From Acidobacteriota bacterium (GTDB lineage: Bacteria; Acidobacteriota; Vicinamibacteria; Marinacidobacterales; Marinacidobacteraceae), in assembly GCA_022826195.1 (NCBI GenBank), contig JAJDVI010000094.1, positions 70,714 to 134,713 of the forward strand: DNA of 64,000 bases, in the 5' to 3' direction. Position numbers and translations under genes: made by a program. Positions 1-12,433 of the stretch are shown piece by piece; position 1 is the stretch's first letter, and every line of letters starts with the position of its first letter. The notes under the pieces were generated by a model. That model saw only the letters and a list, made by a program, of their open reading frames with translations. It was not told the DNA's origin and did no database searches.

Positions 1-1
1 C

Positions 2-796
2 GCGGAATCGGTCGCCCGGAGCCTCGCCCTGCCCGCCGACTTCCTCAAGATGCGGGTGGACACCAACCTCGGCGCGAACGAGCGCGTGTCGTCCGAGACC
101 ATCGAGAAGGTGATGGAACTCGGCCGGGAAGCCGGAAAGATGGTCACCACCCACATCTTCTATCTCGACGACGCCAAGGAGGTGCTGCGCCTGGGGTCCG
201 GCCTCATCGCCCACAGCGTGCGCGACCAGCCGGTGGACGAGGAGTTCCTCGAGTTGATGAAGGAGAAGGACGTCTGCTACGTCCCGACCCTGGTGCGGGA
301 GATCTCCACCTACGTCTATGCGGAGGTGCCCGAGTTCTTCGACGACCCGTTCTTCCTGAAGGACGCCGATCCGGCGGTGCTGGAACAGCTCCAGGATCCC
401 GAGCGCATGGAGCGCGTGGCGAACAGCAGTTCCGCGCAGGGCTACCGCGAGCACTACCCCATCGCGATGGCGAACGCGAAGGCGGTTGCCGATGCCGGCG
501 TCACGATCGCGTTCGGCACCGACACCGGACCAGCGGGCCGCTTCCAGGGCTACTTCGAGCACATCGAGGCGGGAGAGATGGCGGAGGCCGGTCTCACCGC
601 CGAGCAGATTCTGATGTCGGCGACGGGCGACGCGGCGGCCTGCCTCGCGCTCGAGGGCGTCGGCACCCTCGCCGCCGGGAACTGGGCCGACTTCATCGTC
701 CTGAACGAGAGTCCGCTCGAGGACATCGCGAACCTCCGGTCCATCGACCGGGTGGTGGTGGCCGGGAACACCGTCCCCGGCAGCGGCGCCGAGTAG
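2..796 (+). CDS. Amidohydrolase-family metal-dependent hydrolase, C-terminal part; 5' end lies outside the window
   Basis: ORF 50..796 has an amidohydrolase C-terminal signature (AFGTDTG...GNWADFIVL). The reading frame stays open upstream to position 2, so the gene starts before the window. Confidence 0.65.
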   Translation, partial: AESVARSLALPADFLKMRVDTNLGANERVSSETIEKVMELGREAGKMVTTHIFYLDDAKEVLRLGSGLIAHSVRDQPVDEEFLELMKEKDVCYVPTLVREISTYVYAEVPEFFDDPFFLKDADPAVLEQLQDPERMERVANSSSAQGYREHYPIAMANAKAVADAGVTIAFGTDTGPAGRFQGYFEHIEAGEMAEAGLTAEQILMSATGDAAACLALEGVGTLAAGNWADFIVLNESPLEDIANLRSIDRVVVAGNTVPGSGAE

Positions 797-844
797 CCGC
801 GGTCGCGGGTGGACCGTTCGCCTTTCAGCCGGTGACGGCCCGCC

Positions 845-2341
845 TCAGGCGGTGACGTTCGTCGGGCGGGACCACCTCCCCGCCTCCACGGACGCCCGGC
901 CCTCGCGTTCGAGCTTCAGGAGGCCCGAGGTCAGCGCCGCCTCCGCCAGCCGGCGCACCGGCCCCCGGCGCGGGACTTCGCTCGTCGGATAAACCCGGAG
1001 CCCGATGGCCTCGAGCGTCGCGGGCTCGGTGTCGAGCGCCTCCAGCAGGCTCGCTTCCCGGGCTTCGCGGTGCCGCACCTGGGCCCGGAGCAAATCCCGG
1101 CCTGCGACCACCGGCACTCCGTGGCCCGGATAGACGATCCCGCGGCACTCGGCCGCGAGCCGCCGCAGGGACTCCATGTAGTGCCCGAGATCCCCGTCTT
1201 CCGGCGAAATGATGATGGACGACAGCGAGGACACCATGTCCCCCACCACCATCGCCCCGTAGCGGCTCTCCACGAAGGCGAGGTGGCCCGGCGCGTGGCC
1301 CGGCACGAACCGCACTTCGAGGATCCAGCCGGGTGACCCGTCGGGCGCCTCCCCCAGGTCCAGCGTGTCCCCCTCGGCGAGCGGTCTCATCCCGCCCGGC
1401 GCCGGCGGCATCCGGGTGATTGTCTCCGGATGGGCGCCCACCGGGACCCCGTAGCGCGACGAGGCCGCGGCCACCGACCCGATGTGGTCGGGGTGATGGT
1501 GGGTAACGAGAATCCCGGCCAGCCGGTCGCCGGGGCCGAGCAGCCGGTCCACCATCCCGAACAGCATCTCCCGCTCGGCCGGCTCCTCGGCCGCGGGATC
1601 CACCAGGTAGCGCCGCGAGGTTCCGATCAGGACGGCGTTCGTGTGGGTCGCCGGCGGCAGGGTCCGCGTCCGGCAGGGAATGACCGCGATACCGGGGGAA
1701 TAGCGCACCGCCGGCCGCACGCGCCCCTCTTCCCGGTTCCGGGCGCGAAAGACGCCGTCGTCCGGAGACCAGCGCTCGAGGAGTCCGATGATCGGCGGCG
1801 CGAGGGCCATTTCCCCACCGCGCCAGCGGGTGAGCGCCGTCTCCGGGCTGAGCATCGCCTGGTCCACGATCTCGCCGGGCCAGACCGTCGGTTCGGCGCC
1901 GCCGGGCAGCGGCAACCGGTAAAAGCGCGTGTCGAAGCGATACGGGGCCGACTCGGGGGTGGTGAGCGCCTCGACCTCGGCGAAGCGCGAAGCATCGATG
2001 CCCGCTTCGAACGACTCGAGGACCTCGCGGAGTCCGATCTCGCCGACGAGCAGCCGCCGGCGCAGGTCGTCCCTCTCGGCCGGGGAGGGACTCCGTCCCG
2101 CCGTCCCGAGGAAGACCCCGGTCTCCTCGAAGACCTCGCGCACCCCGGCCGTGACGCGCGCCGCGGTCTCCGGATCCGGGGCGCCGCTCACGGGAACCTC
2201 GGCGTCCTCCGCCGACACCGTCCCGCCGGGGAAGGCCCACAGGTTCGCAAAGGCCCGGAGCCGCGGCGAACGCCGCACGAGGAGCACTTCCTCCCCGCGG
2301 GTGAGCATCACGGACACGGCGGGGCGCGGAGGAGATGCCAT
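845..2341 (-). CDS. NUDIX hydrolase domain fused to an MBL-fold metallo-hydrolase
   Basis: The N-terminus carries a Nudix box (GGTVSAEDAEVP...REVFEETGV). The C-terminus carries the MBL motif THHHPDHIG...PGHAPGH. The likely start is the internal ATG giving MASPPRPAVSVML; the ORF-table start at 2488 is probably too long. Confidence 0.7.
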   Translation of the reverse strand: MASPPRPAVSVMLTRGEEVLLVRRSPRLRAFANLWAFPGGTVSAEDAEVPVSGAPDPETAARVTAGVREVFEETGVFLGTAGRSPSPAERDDLRRRLLVGEIGLREVLESFEAGIDASRFAEVEALTTPESAPYRFDTRFYRLPLPGGAEPTVWPGEIVDQAMLSPETALTRWRGGEMALAPPIIGLLERWSPDDGVFRARNREEGRVRPAVRYSPGIAVIPCRTRTLPPATHTNAVLIGTSRRYLVDPAAEEPAEREMLFGMVDRLLGPGDRLAGILVTHHHPDHIGSVAAASSRYGVPVGAHPETITRMPPAPGGMRPLAEGDTLDLGEAPDGSPGWILEVRFVPGHAPGHLAFVESRYGAMVVGDMVSSLSSIIISPEDGDLGHYMESLRRLAAECRGIVYPGHGVPVVAGRDLLRAQVRHREAREASLLEALDTEPATLEAIGLRVYPTSEVPRRGPVRRLAEAALTSGLLKLEREGRASVEAGRWSRPTNVTA

Positions 2342-2354
2342 TGCGGGGACTTTA

Positions 2355-3263
2355 GTGGGCGTCTGCTGCGAACATACCGGCGTGCACGAACCCGCCGGAA
2401 TCGCTTTCGGGGGACTGCTCGCGTCCGGAGCGGACGCCGAGCGGGCCCCCGCCTCGCTGCTTGGCGTCATGGACGCCACCCAGTCCACCTACCGCGACCG
2501 CTGCGCCGAAGCGCCACCCGCGATCCGCGCGGCCTACGACGGCGCCTGCTACAACACGGTCTCGGAAACGGGCGTGGACTGCGCCGGCGGCGTCGCCGAT
2601 CTCGGCGACCTGGATCCGGAGGCGGGCGGCTTCCGGGAGAGCGCCGCCCGCTACTCCGCCGTAGTGGAGGCGGAACTGGCGCGGGGCCGGACGCCCTTCA
2701 TCCTGGGCGGCGACCACGCGATCACCCCCGCCCTGGTGGCTGCCTACGCCGGGCGGGGTCCCGTCCACGTGGTGCAGTGGGACGCCCATCCGGACATGTA
2801 CCCCGACTTCGAGGGCAACCGCGACTCCCACGCGTGCGTCGCCGCGCGTCTGCTCGAAATGCCGCACGTGGCGACCATCACCCAGATCGGGATCCGCACC
2901 GAAACCGCGGTGCAGCGCGGGATCCGGGAGTCGGCGGGCGGGCGCGTGACGCAGATTCCGGCGTGGGAAGCGGAGCGGTGTCCGGCTTTCCTGTCGCACC
3001 TGCCGGACGCCGCCGCGGTCTACCTGACGGTCGACATGGACGGGTTCGACCCGGCCTTCGCCCCGGCGGTGGCCCATCCGGTGCCGGCCGGCCTCTCCGC
3101 GCGGGCCGGGCTCGAGCTCGTGAAGGAGATCGGAGCCACCGGACGCCGGCTGGTGGGAATGGACGTCGTGGAAGCCTGTCCCGACGACCGGGACAACCGC
3201 ACCCTGATCCTCGCCGCCCGCCTCGTCCACGAGGGCGTGGCGACCGTCCTCGCGCGCCGCTGA
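2355..3263 (+). CDS. Arginase/agmatinase/formiminoglutamase-family (ureohydrolase) protein
   Basis: The motifs GGDHAITPALV, DAHPD and DMDGFDP match the arginase-fold Mn-binding sites. It is divergent from the NUDIX gene. The start is uncertain (GTG at 2355 or ATG at 2469). Confidence 0.6.
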   Translation: MGVCCEHTGVHEPAGIAFGGLLASGADAERAPASLLGVMDATQSTYRDRCAEAPPAIRAAYDGACYNTVSETGVDCAGGVADLGDLDPEAGGFRESAARYSAVVEAELARGRTPFILGGDHAITPALVAAYAGRGPVHVVQWDAHPDMYPDFEGNRDSHACVAARLLEMPHVATITQIGIRTETAVQRGIRESAGGRVTQIPAWEAERCPAFLSHLPDAAAVYLTVDMDGFDPAFAPAVAHPVPAGLSARAGLELVKEIGATGRRLVGMDVVEACPDDRDNRTLILAARLVHEGVATVLARR

Positions 3264-3282
3264 CGGGTCGGATGGCCCCGGC

Positions 3283-3334
3283 GGCCTGGAACGCCGGTCT
3301 CCAGACCGGCACCGCGGCGCTCCGCGCCGCGCAC
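3283..3334 (+). repeat. REP-like palindromic repeat, copy 1 (GGCCTGGAACGCCGGTCTCCAGACCGGCACCGCGGCGCTCCGCGCCGCGCAC)
   Basis: Read directly from the sequence. It has a CCGGTCT-NN-AGACCGG stem-loop core and lies in the intergenic region between convergent genes. It is identical to the copy at 52074..52125. Confidence 0.8.
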
Positions 3335-3392
3335 GTCGCAACGCCATACGCGCTCAAGGCGCCGACGACTGGAAACACACAACCGCGCTGAC

Positions 3393-3490
3393 GTCGTTAT
3401 CGCCCCAAGCTCGAGCCCGCCGACTCCGTTATCGCCCCCGGCTTGATCCCACCGGCGCCGCTATCGCCCCAGGCTCGAGTTCGGCAACTG
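3393..3490. repeat. Three tandem ~33-bp direct repeats (core CGTTATCGCCCCaaGCTCGAgcc), iteron-like
   Basis: Read directly: gtcgttatcgccccaagctcgagcccgcc / ccgttatcgcccccggcttgatcccacc / ccgctatcgccccaggctcgagttcgg. The array sits between the inverted REP copies. Confidence 0.6.
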
Positions 3491-3577
3491 CCGCGAGAAC
3501 TGGCCGTCGGTCCAAGCCGTCCGCGCCCATGGGCTCCACGCGGAGGTGGGAGCCGGTGCCTCGGGTGGAGTTGCGAT

Positions 3578-3629
3578 GTGCGCGGCGCGGAGCGCCGCGG
3601 TGCCGGTCTGGAGACCGGCGTTCCAAGCC
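3578..3629 (-). repeat. REP-like palindromic repeat, copy 2, inverted relative to copy 1
   Basis: It is the reverse complement of copy 1 with one mismatch. Together the two copies form 52-bp inverted repeats flanking about 243 bp. Confidence 0.8.
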
Positions 3630-3652
3630 GGCGGTCCCGGCCGGGGACGGCG

Positions 3653-4948
3653 TCAGACGGAGGCGATCAGCGCCTCGATCTCGTCGTCGGTGAGCAGCCG
3701 CCGCGCCTCCTTGGCGGCGCGGAAGATCCGGTGCTTCAGTTCGTCGGTCGGTTCGTGGCCGTGTTGTTCCAGCCAGTAGATGACGTTCGAGAGGCCGCTC
3801 ATGGGACCGACCTCGACCTTCTGGTGGAGGCCGTAGTCGCCGGCCGGGACGCCCGAATAGACGCGGTCGGCCAGCCAGTCGTCGCCTTTCGCCATCGCCT
3901 TGATGATGGCGGCGGCGTGGACGCCGGTTCCGGTCCGGAACGCGTCCTTGCCGACCACGGGATAACCGACCGGGATGCGGGCCCCGGTGGCCTCGGAGAC
4001 CTTGCGGCAGTAGTCCGCCAGGTGGGTGAGGTCGTTGTCGATCCAGCCGAGCAGCCGCAGGTTCACGAGCAACTGGTCCATGGGGGTGTTGCCGCAGCGC
4101 TCCCCGATTCCGATCGCGGTGCCGTGGACGCAGTCGGCGCCCGCCTCGATCGCGGTAAGGCTGTTGGGGACCGACAGACCCCGGTCCCGGTGGCCGTGCC
4201 AGTCGAGCTGCACCTCCTCCCCGGTGTCCTCGATGACCTCGCGGACGAAACGCAAGAGACGCGTGACCCCGTCCGGAGTCGCGTGCCCCACCGTGTCGCA
4301 GACGACCACGCGCCGCGCGCCCGCCTCGATCGCCGCCGTGTAGAGCCGCCGGACGCTCTCGGGACGCGCCCGGGTGGTGTCCTCGGTCACGTACATCGGC
4401 GGCACGCCGTGGGCCACCGCCCACTTCACCGCCTTCTCGGTGTGGCGGAGCAGCAGGTCGAGGTCCCAGTCCTCGGCGTACTGGCGGATCGGGCTCGACC
4501 CGATGAACATCGCCACCTCGATCGGCATTCCGACCGCATCGGCCACCCGCGCGATCGGCTCGATGTCCGAGATCACGGTCCGCGCGGCGCAGTTCGGACG
4601 GATCCTCATCCGGTTGTCCACGATTTCCCGGGCGAGATGGAGGACCTGCTCCTCGACGTGCGGACCGGCGGCCGGAAGCCCGATGTCCGCGGAGTCGATG
4701 CCGAGCGACTCCATGAGGTGGAGCACCTCGGCCTTCTTCTCGAGCGTCGGGGACATCACCGACGGACTCTGGAGTCCGTCGCGGAGAGTCTCGTCGTTCA
4801 GCCTTACGGGCTTCGGAGGGAACCAGGCGCGGGCGGGATCCGGCCGGTTCCAGTCGTAGATGAGGGCTTCCGTGGCGGGAACGTCGCCGTTCCCCGACGA
4901 AAATCGCGGTTCGCCCCGTTCTTCGGGGTTCGGGGCCGGGTCAGCCAT
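3653..4948 (-). CDS. DRE-TIM metallolyase (LeuA/NifV/HMGL-like; 2-isopropylmalate/homocitrate synthase family) protein
   Basis: LRDGLQSP and HGHRDRGLSVPNSLTAIEAGADCVHGTAIGIGERCGN motifs; 431 aa; no LeuA regulatory domain. Confidence 0.7.
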   Translation of the reverse strand: MADPAPNPEERGEPRFSSGNGDVPATEALIYDWNRPDPARAWFPPKPVRLNDETLRDGLQSPSVMSPTLEKKAEVLHLMESLGIDSADIGLPAAGPHVEEQVLHLAREIVDNRMRIRPNCAARTVISDIEPIARVADAVGMPIEVAMFIGSSPIRQYAEDWDLDLLLRHTEKAVKWAVAHGVPPMYVTEDTTRARPESVRRLYTAAIEAGARRVVVCDTVGHATPDGVTRLLRFVREVIEDTGEEVQLDWHGHRDRGLSVPNSLTAIEAGADCVHGTAIGIGERCGNTPMDQLLVNLRLLGWIDNDLTHLADYCRKVSEATGARIPVGYPVVGKDAFRTGTGVHAAAIIKAMAKGDDWLADRVYSGVPAGDYGLHQKVEVGPMSGLSNVIYWLEQHGHEPTDELKHRIFRAAKEARRLLTDDEIEALIASV

Positions 4949-4960
4949 CGTCTTCGCTCC

Positions 4961-5758
4961 TCAACCTCCCGCACCGAGGCCGGGGATCGTGGCGCCGAGC
5001 GCGTGGAAGCCGCTGTCCACGTGCAGCACCTCGCCCGTGACCCCGCGCGCGGCGTCGGACAGCAGGAACGCCGCGGCATCCCCCACCTCCGTCGGATCGG
5101 TCCCGGCCCGGAGCGGCGCGTGTTCGCGGTAGTGCTCCACCATCTTGCCGATGCCCGCGACCCCCGAGGCGGCGAGCGTTTTCGCCGGGCCGGCCGAGAT
5201 GGCGTTCACCCGCACCCCCCGCGGCCCCAGGTCCGACGCCAGGTAGCGGACCGACGACTCGAGCGCCGCCTTCGCGACCCCCATCACGTTGTAGTGCGGC
5301 ACGGCGCGCTCGCCGCCCAGGTAACTGAGGGTGAGGGCCGAGCCGCCGCCGTCCGCCTCGAGCAGCGGCGCGAAGTGACGGACCAGCGCGGTGAGCGAAT
5401 AGACCGAGATGTCCTGCGCGACCCGGAATCCTTCGCGGGAGGTGGAAACGAAGTCGCCCTCGAGGTCCTCGCGCAGGGCGTAGGCGACGGCGTGGACCAG
5501 GAAGTCGAGCCCGCCGAAGTGCTCGCGGACCGTCTCGGCGGCGCTCGCCAGCTGCTCCTCGCTGGACACGTCGAGCGGCAGGGTCACGGTGCCCGGAATC
5601 TGCGCCGCGAGCTTGTCCACGTTGCGCTGGAGGCGCTCGTTCTGGAAGCTGAGCGCGAGCGCCGCGCCCTCGCGCGCCGCGGAGCGGGCGATCCCCCACG
5701 CGAAGGAGCGGTGGTTCGCGACCCCGACGATCAGTCCTCGTTTGTTCTCAAGCAGCAC
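4961..5758 (-). CDS. fabI: Enoyl-[acyl-carrier-protein] reductase (NADH)
   Basis: Typical FabI sequence throughout (GVANHRSFAW...SYLGGERAVPHYNVMGVAKAALE...ISAGPAKT). Confidence 0.9.
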   Translation of the reverse strand: MLLENKRGLIVGVANHRSFAWGIARSAAREGAALALSFQNERLQRNVDKLAAQIPGTVTLPLDVSSEEQLASAAETVREHFGGLDFLVHAVAYALREDLEGDFVSTSREGFRVAQDISVYSLTALVRHFAPLLEADGGGSALTLSYLGGERAVPHYNVMGVAKAALESSVRYLASDLGPRGVRVNAISAGPAKTLAASGVAGIGKMVEHYREHAPLRAGTDPTEVGDAAAFLLSDAARGVTGEVLHVDSGFHALGATIPGLGAGG

Positions 5759-5776
5759 TGTCCTGGAATTTAGCAG

Positions 5777-7339
5777 TCACCGCGGCGGTTCCACGGGCGG
5801 CTGCCGCATCGGGGTGGCGCCGCCCGCCTCCAGCCAGGCGGCGAGCCGGATGACGGAGAAGTCCCGCCCCGGGGCTCCGACGAGTTGCGCCCCGAGCGGC
5901 ATTCCGAGCGCGTCGAACCCGGCCGGGACCGAAAGGGCGGGAAGCCCCGCGAAGTTGAAGGGGCCGACCAGGCGGATGAGTCCCGGACGGATGTCCTCCG
6001 CGGTCGCGAGCGGCTCTCCCGCTCGCGGAGCGCCGGCCGGGGCGGACGGCGCCACCAGGACGTCCACGTCCTCGAAGAGTCGCTCGAACGCATCCGCGAC
6101 GACGCGCCGGCCCCGGAGTGCGGCGAGGAGGTCGGCGGCCGACAGCACCGTCCCCACTTCCAGGAGCCGCCGAACGTCCTCGCTGATGTCCTCCGGCCGG
6201 GCCGCCAGCCGCTCCCGGTGGACGACCGCCGCTTCCGCGAAGGCGAGCACGTTCCGGCACACCCCGCTGAGCTCGACCTCCGGAATCCTGACTTCGACGC
6301 ACTCCGCTCCCAACCGGACGAGCGCCGCGACGATGCCGTCCGCCGCCTCGCGGGCCTCCCGGATGAGGTCGGTGTAGAAGAAGTCGAGAGGGACCCCCAC
6401 CCTCACCCCCGCCAGCGGTCTTGGACCCGTGGCGCGCGGCGCCGGACCGGTGGGCCAGCCCGAGAGCACCTCGAAGAGACGGCCGATGTCCCCGGCGCTC
6501 CGGGCGATGGGCCCGACGTGGTCCAGGCTCCACGACAGCGGAGTCACGCCGGCCCGGGAGACAGCGCCGTAGGACGGCTTCAGGCCTAAGACCCCGTTGA
6601 GCGACGCCGGGATCCGGATGGACCCCCCGGTATCGGTGCCCACCGAGCCGTAGCCCATGCCGGTGGCCACCGCCACCGCGGACCCGGACGACGACCCGCC
6701 CGGGATGCGCGCCGGATCGTGCGGGTTCCGGGTCCTGCCGAAGGTCGGGTTGTCGCCGCTGACCCCGAACGCGAACTCCTGCAGGTTGTTCTTGCCGAGC
6801 AGAATGGCCCCGGCCTCGGAAAGGCGCCTCCAGGCCGGAGCGCTCCGGGCCGCCTCGTGCGGGAACCTCGACCCCGAGGTGGTGGTCATTCCGGCGACTT
6901 CCACGATGTCCTTGACGCTGAGGGGGACTCCGAGGAGCGCCGCTCCGCCGCTTTCCCCCTGCCCCTTCGCCTCTGGCGACCCGGTCAGGCGCCGCGCCTC
7001 CGCGAGCGCCTCTTCCTCCCGGAGCTTGAGGAACGCGCCGAGATGGCGCCCCGCCCGGGCGCGGTCGAGCGCCTCCTCGACCAGGTCCACGGCCGAGCGG
7101 CGTCCCGCGGCGAGGTCGGCGCGCGCGGCGGCGATCGTTCCCGGCGCGGGATCGGCCGGCGCCGCCGGGATCGGGGTTGACGCCCGGCGGCTCCTGCCGG
7201 AGCGGGCGCGGGCGGCCAGCTCACCGGCGGTGAGCGGCTCCGGAGGATCGGGAAGGCGGGCGAGCGCCCGGCCGACCTCTTCGAGTTCCTTCCGAAGGGC
7301 GCCGGCCCGTTCCTCGGCGGCGGCCAGCCGTTCCGACAT
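5777..7339 (-). CDS. Amidase-signature family protein
   Basis: Gly/Ser-rich amidase signature (GGSSSGSAVAVATG) and a Ser-cisSer-Lys triad context. Confidence 0.85.
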   Translation of the reverse strand: MSERLAAAEERAGALRKELEEVGRALARLPDPPEPLTAGELAARARSGRSRRASTPIPAAPADPAPGTIAAARADLAAGRRSAVDLVEEALDRARAGRHLGAFLKLREEEALAEARRLTGSPEAKGQGESGGAALLGVPLSVKDIVEVAGMTTTSGSRFPHEAARSAPAWRRLSEAGAILLGKNNLQEFAFGVSGDNPTFGRTRNPHDPARIPGGSSSGSAVAVATGMGYGSVGTDTGGSIRIPASLNGVLGLKPSYGAVSRAGVTPLSWSLDHVGPIARSAGDIGRLFEVLSGWPTGPAPRATGPRPLAGVRVGVPLDFFYTDLIREAREAADGIVAALVRLGAECVEVRIPEVELSGVCRNVLAFAEAAVVHRERLAARPEDISEDVRRLLEVGTVLSAADLLAALRGRRVVADAFERLFEDVDVLVAPSAPAGAPRAGEPLATAEDIRPGLIRLVGPFNFAGLPALSVPAGFDALGMPLGAQLVGAPGRDFSVIRLAAWLEAGGATPMRQPPVEPPR

Positions 7340-7350
7340 CCGGTCTCCGT

Positions 7351-7545
7351 TTACTTCGGTCCGCCCAGCACCCGCGCCGGCAGGCGGAGCACCGCGCCCA
7401 GCAGCGAGAAGACGCCGTCCACGGCGATGCCCAGCAGCCGGAAGGGCAGCAGCAGCAACCAGACGATCGGATAGATCACGAGCGCGAGCAGCGCGAGCGG
7501 CCAGCAGACGATCAGGAGCAGGAGCCAGAGCAGGAAGGAAGCCAT
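7351..7545 (-). CDS. Small hydrophobic membrane protein (64 aa), hypothetical
   Basis: It is packed tightly between the amidase start and the ligA stop on the same strand, and the product is strongly hydrophobic. Confidence 0.4.
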   Translation of the reverse strand: MASFLLWLLLLIVCWPLALLALVIYPIVWLLLLPFRLLGIAVDGVFSLLGAVLRLPARVLGGPK

Positions 7546-7554
7546 GTTCAGAGA

Positions 7555-11872
<4,318 letters not shown>

Positions 11873-11908
11873 CCGGGACGCGCGCCGCGGTGCGGCCCCG
11901 CCAACCGT

Positions 11909-12433
11909 CTAACGCGGAACCCCGGTGCGCCGGAAACGGCCGAAGAACAGGGGCAGCCACATCGCCGCCACCCCGCCCAGCATCATCAGGCCGCCGACGA
12001 GCGGCCGCCACGAGAGCAGCACGAAGCCCCCGGACAGCAGGTGGACGACGACGCTCATGTAGCCCGAGAGCACGAACACCCGGACGGGCGAGTCCGAGGT
12101 CCGCATCGCGAAGAGCGGCAGCGTCTCGAGCGCCGCGGTGAGCATGGTGCTCCGGAAGAGCAGCGCCCAGAGGTTCAGCGGCTCGCGAAACACCATGCCG
12201 ACGATGGCGGAGAAGAGCGACGCCGCGAATGCCGACTGGTAAGGGCGCCGGCCTTCCAGCCAGCGGATCATGAGCGCCTTCAGGGGGGTGAACAGCGCCA
12301 CCAGGCCGAGCGCCAGCAGGAAGTCCGCCGGATCGGGAAGCGTGGTGGCCAACCGGACCGCGGCCAGGATGGTGACGAGCGCCAGCACCACGAGGAGCGC
12401 GTAGCGCGGCGGCGGGAGCGAACCCTGACTCAT
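11909..12433 (-). CDS. Hypothetical integral membrane protein
   Basis: The 174-aa hydrophobic ORF has an ATG that overlaps the lysA stop as ATGA. Confidence 0.5.
   Translation of the reverse strand: MSQGSLPPPRYALLVVLALVTILAAVRLATTLPDPADFLLALGLVALFTPLKALMIRWLEGRRPYQSAFAASLFSAIVGMVFREPLNLWALLFRSTMLTAALETLPLFAMRTSDSPVRVFVLSGYMSVVVHLLSGGFVLLSWRPLVGGLMMLGGVAAMWLPLFFGRFRRTGVPR

Noticed and set aside
1430-3391. 653-aa plus-strand ORF, plus many other long ORFs rich in R, P and G (e.g. 3443..5773, 7565..9199, 7753..10164, 17668..19548, 33479..35047, 35215..37098, 36641..38627, 46800..49376, 51879..53318, 56612..58648, 61264..63735)
   Set aside because: These are antisense or alternative-frame artefacts of 70% GC DNA. 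They overlap well-supported genes on the other strand or frame and have Arg/Pro/Gly-dominated low-complexity translations with no recognisable domains.
3393-3490. Chromosomal replication origin, suggested by the TTATC-core direct repeats
   Set aside because: There is no dnaA or dnaN nearby and no AT-rich DNA-unwinding element, and the boxes differ from the TTATCCACA-type consensus in the last positions. They are reported only as iteron-like.
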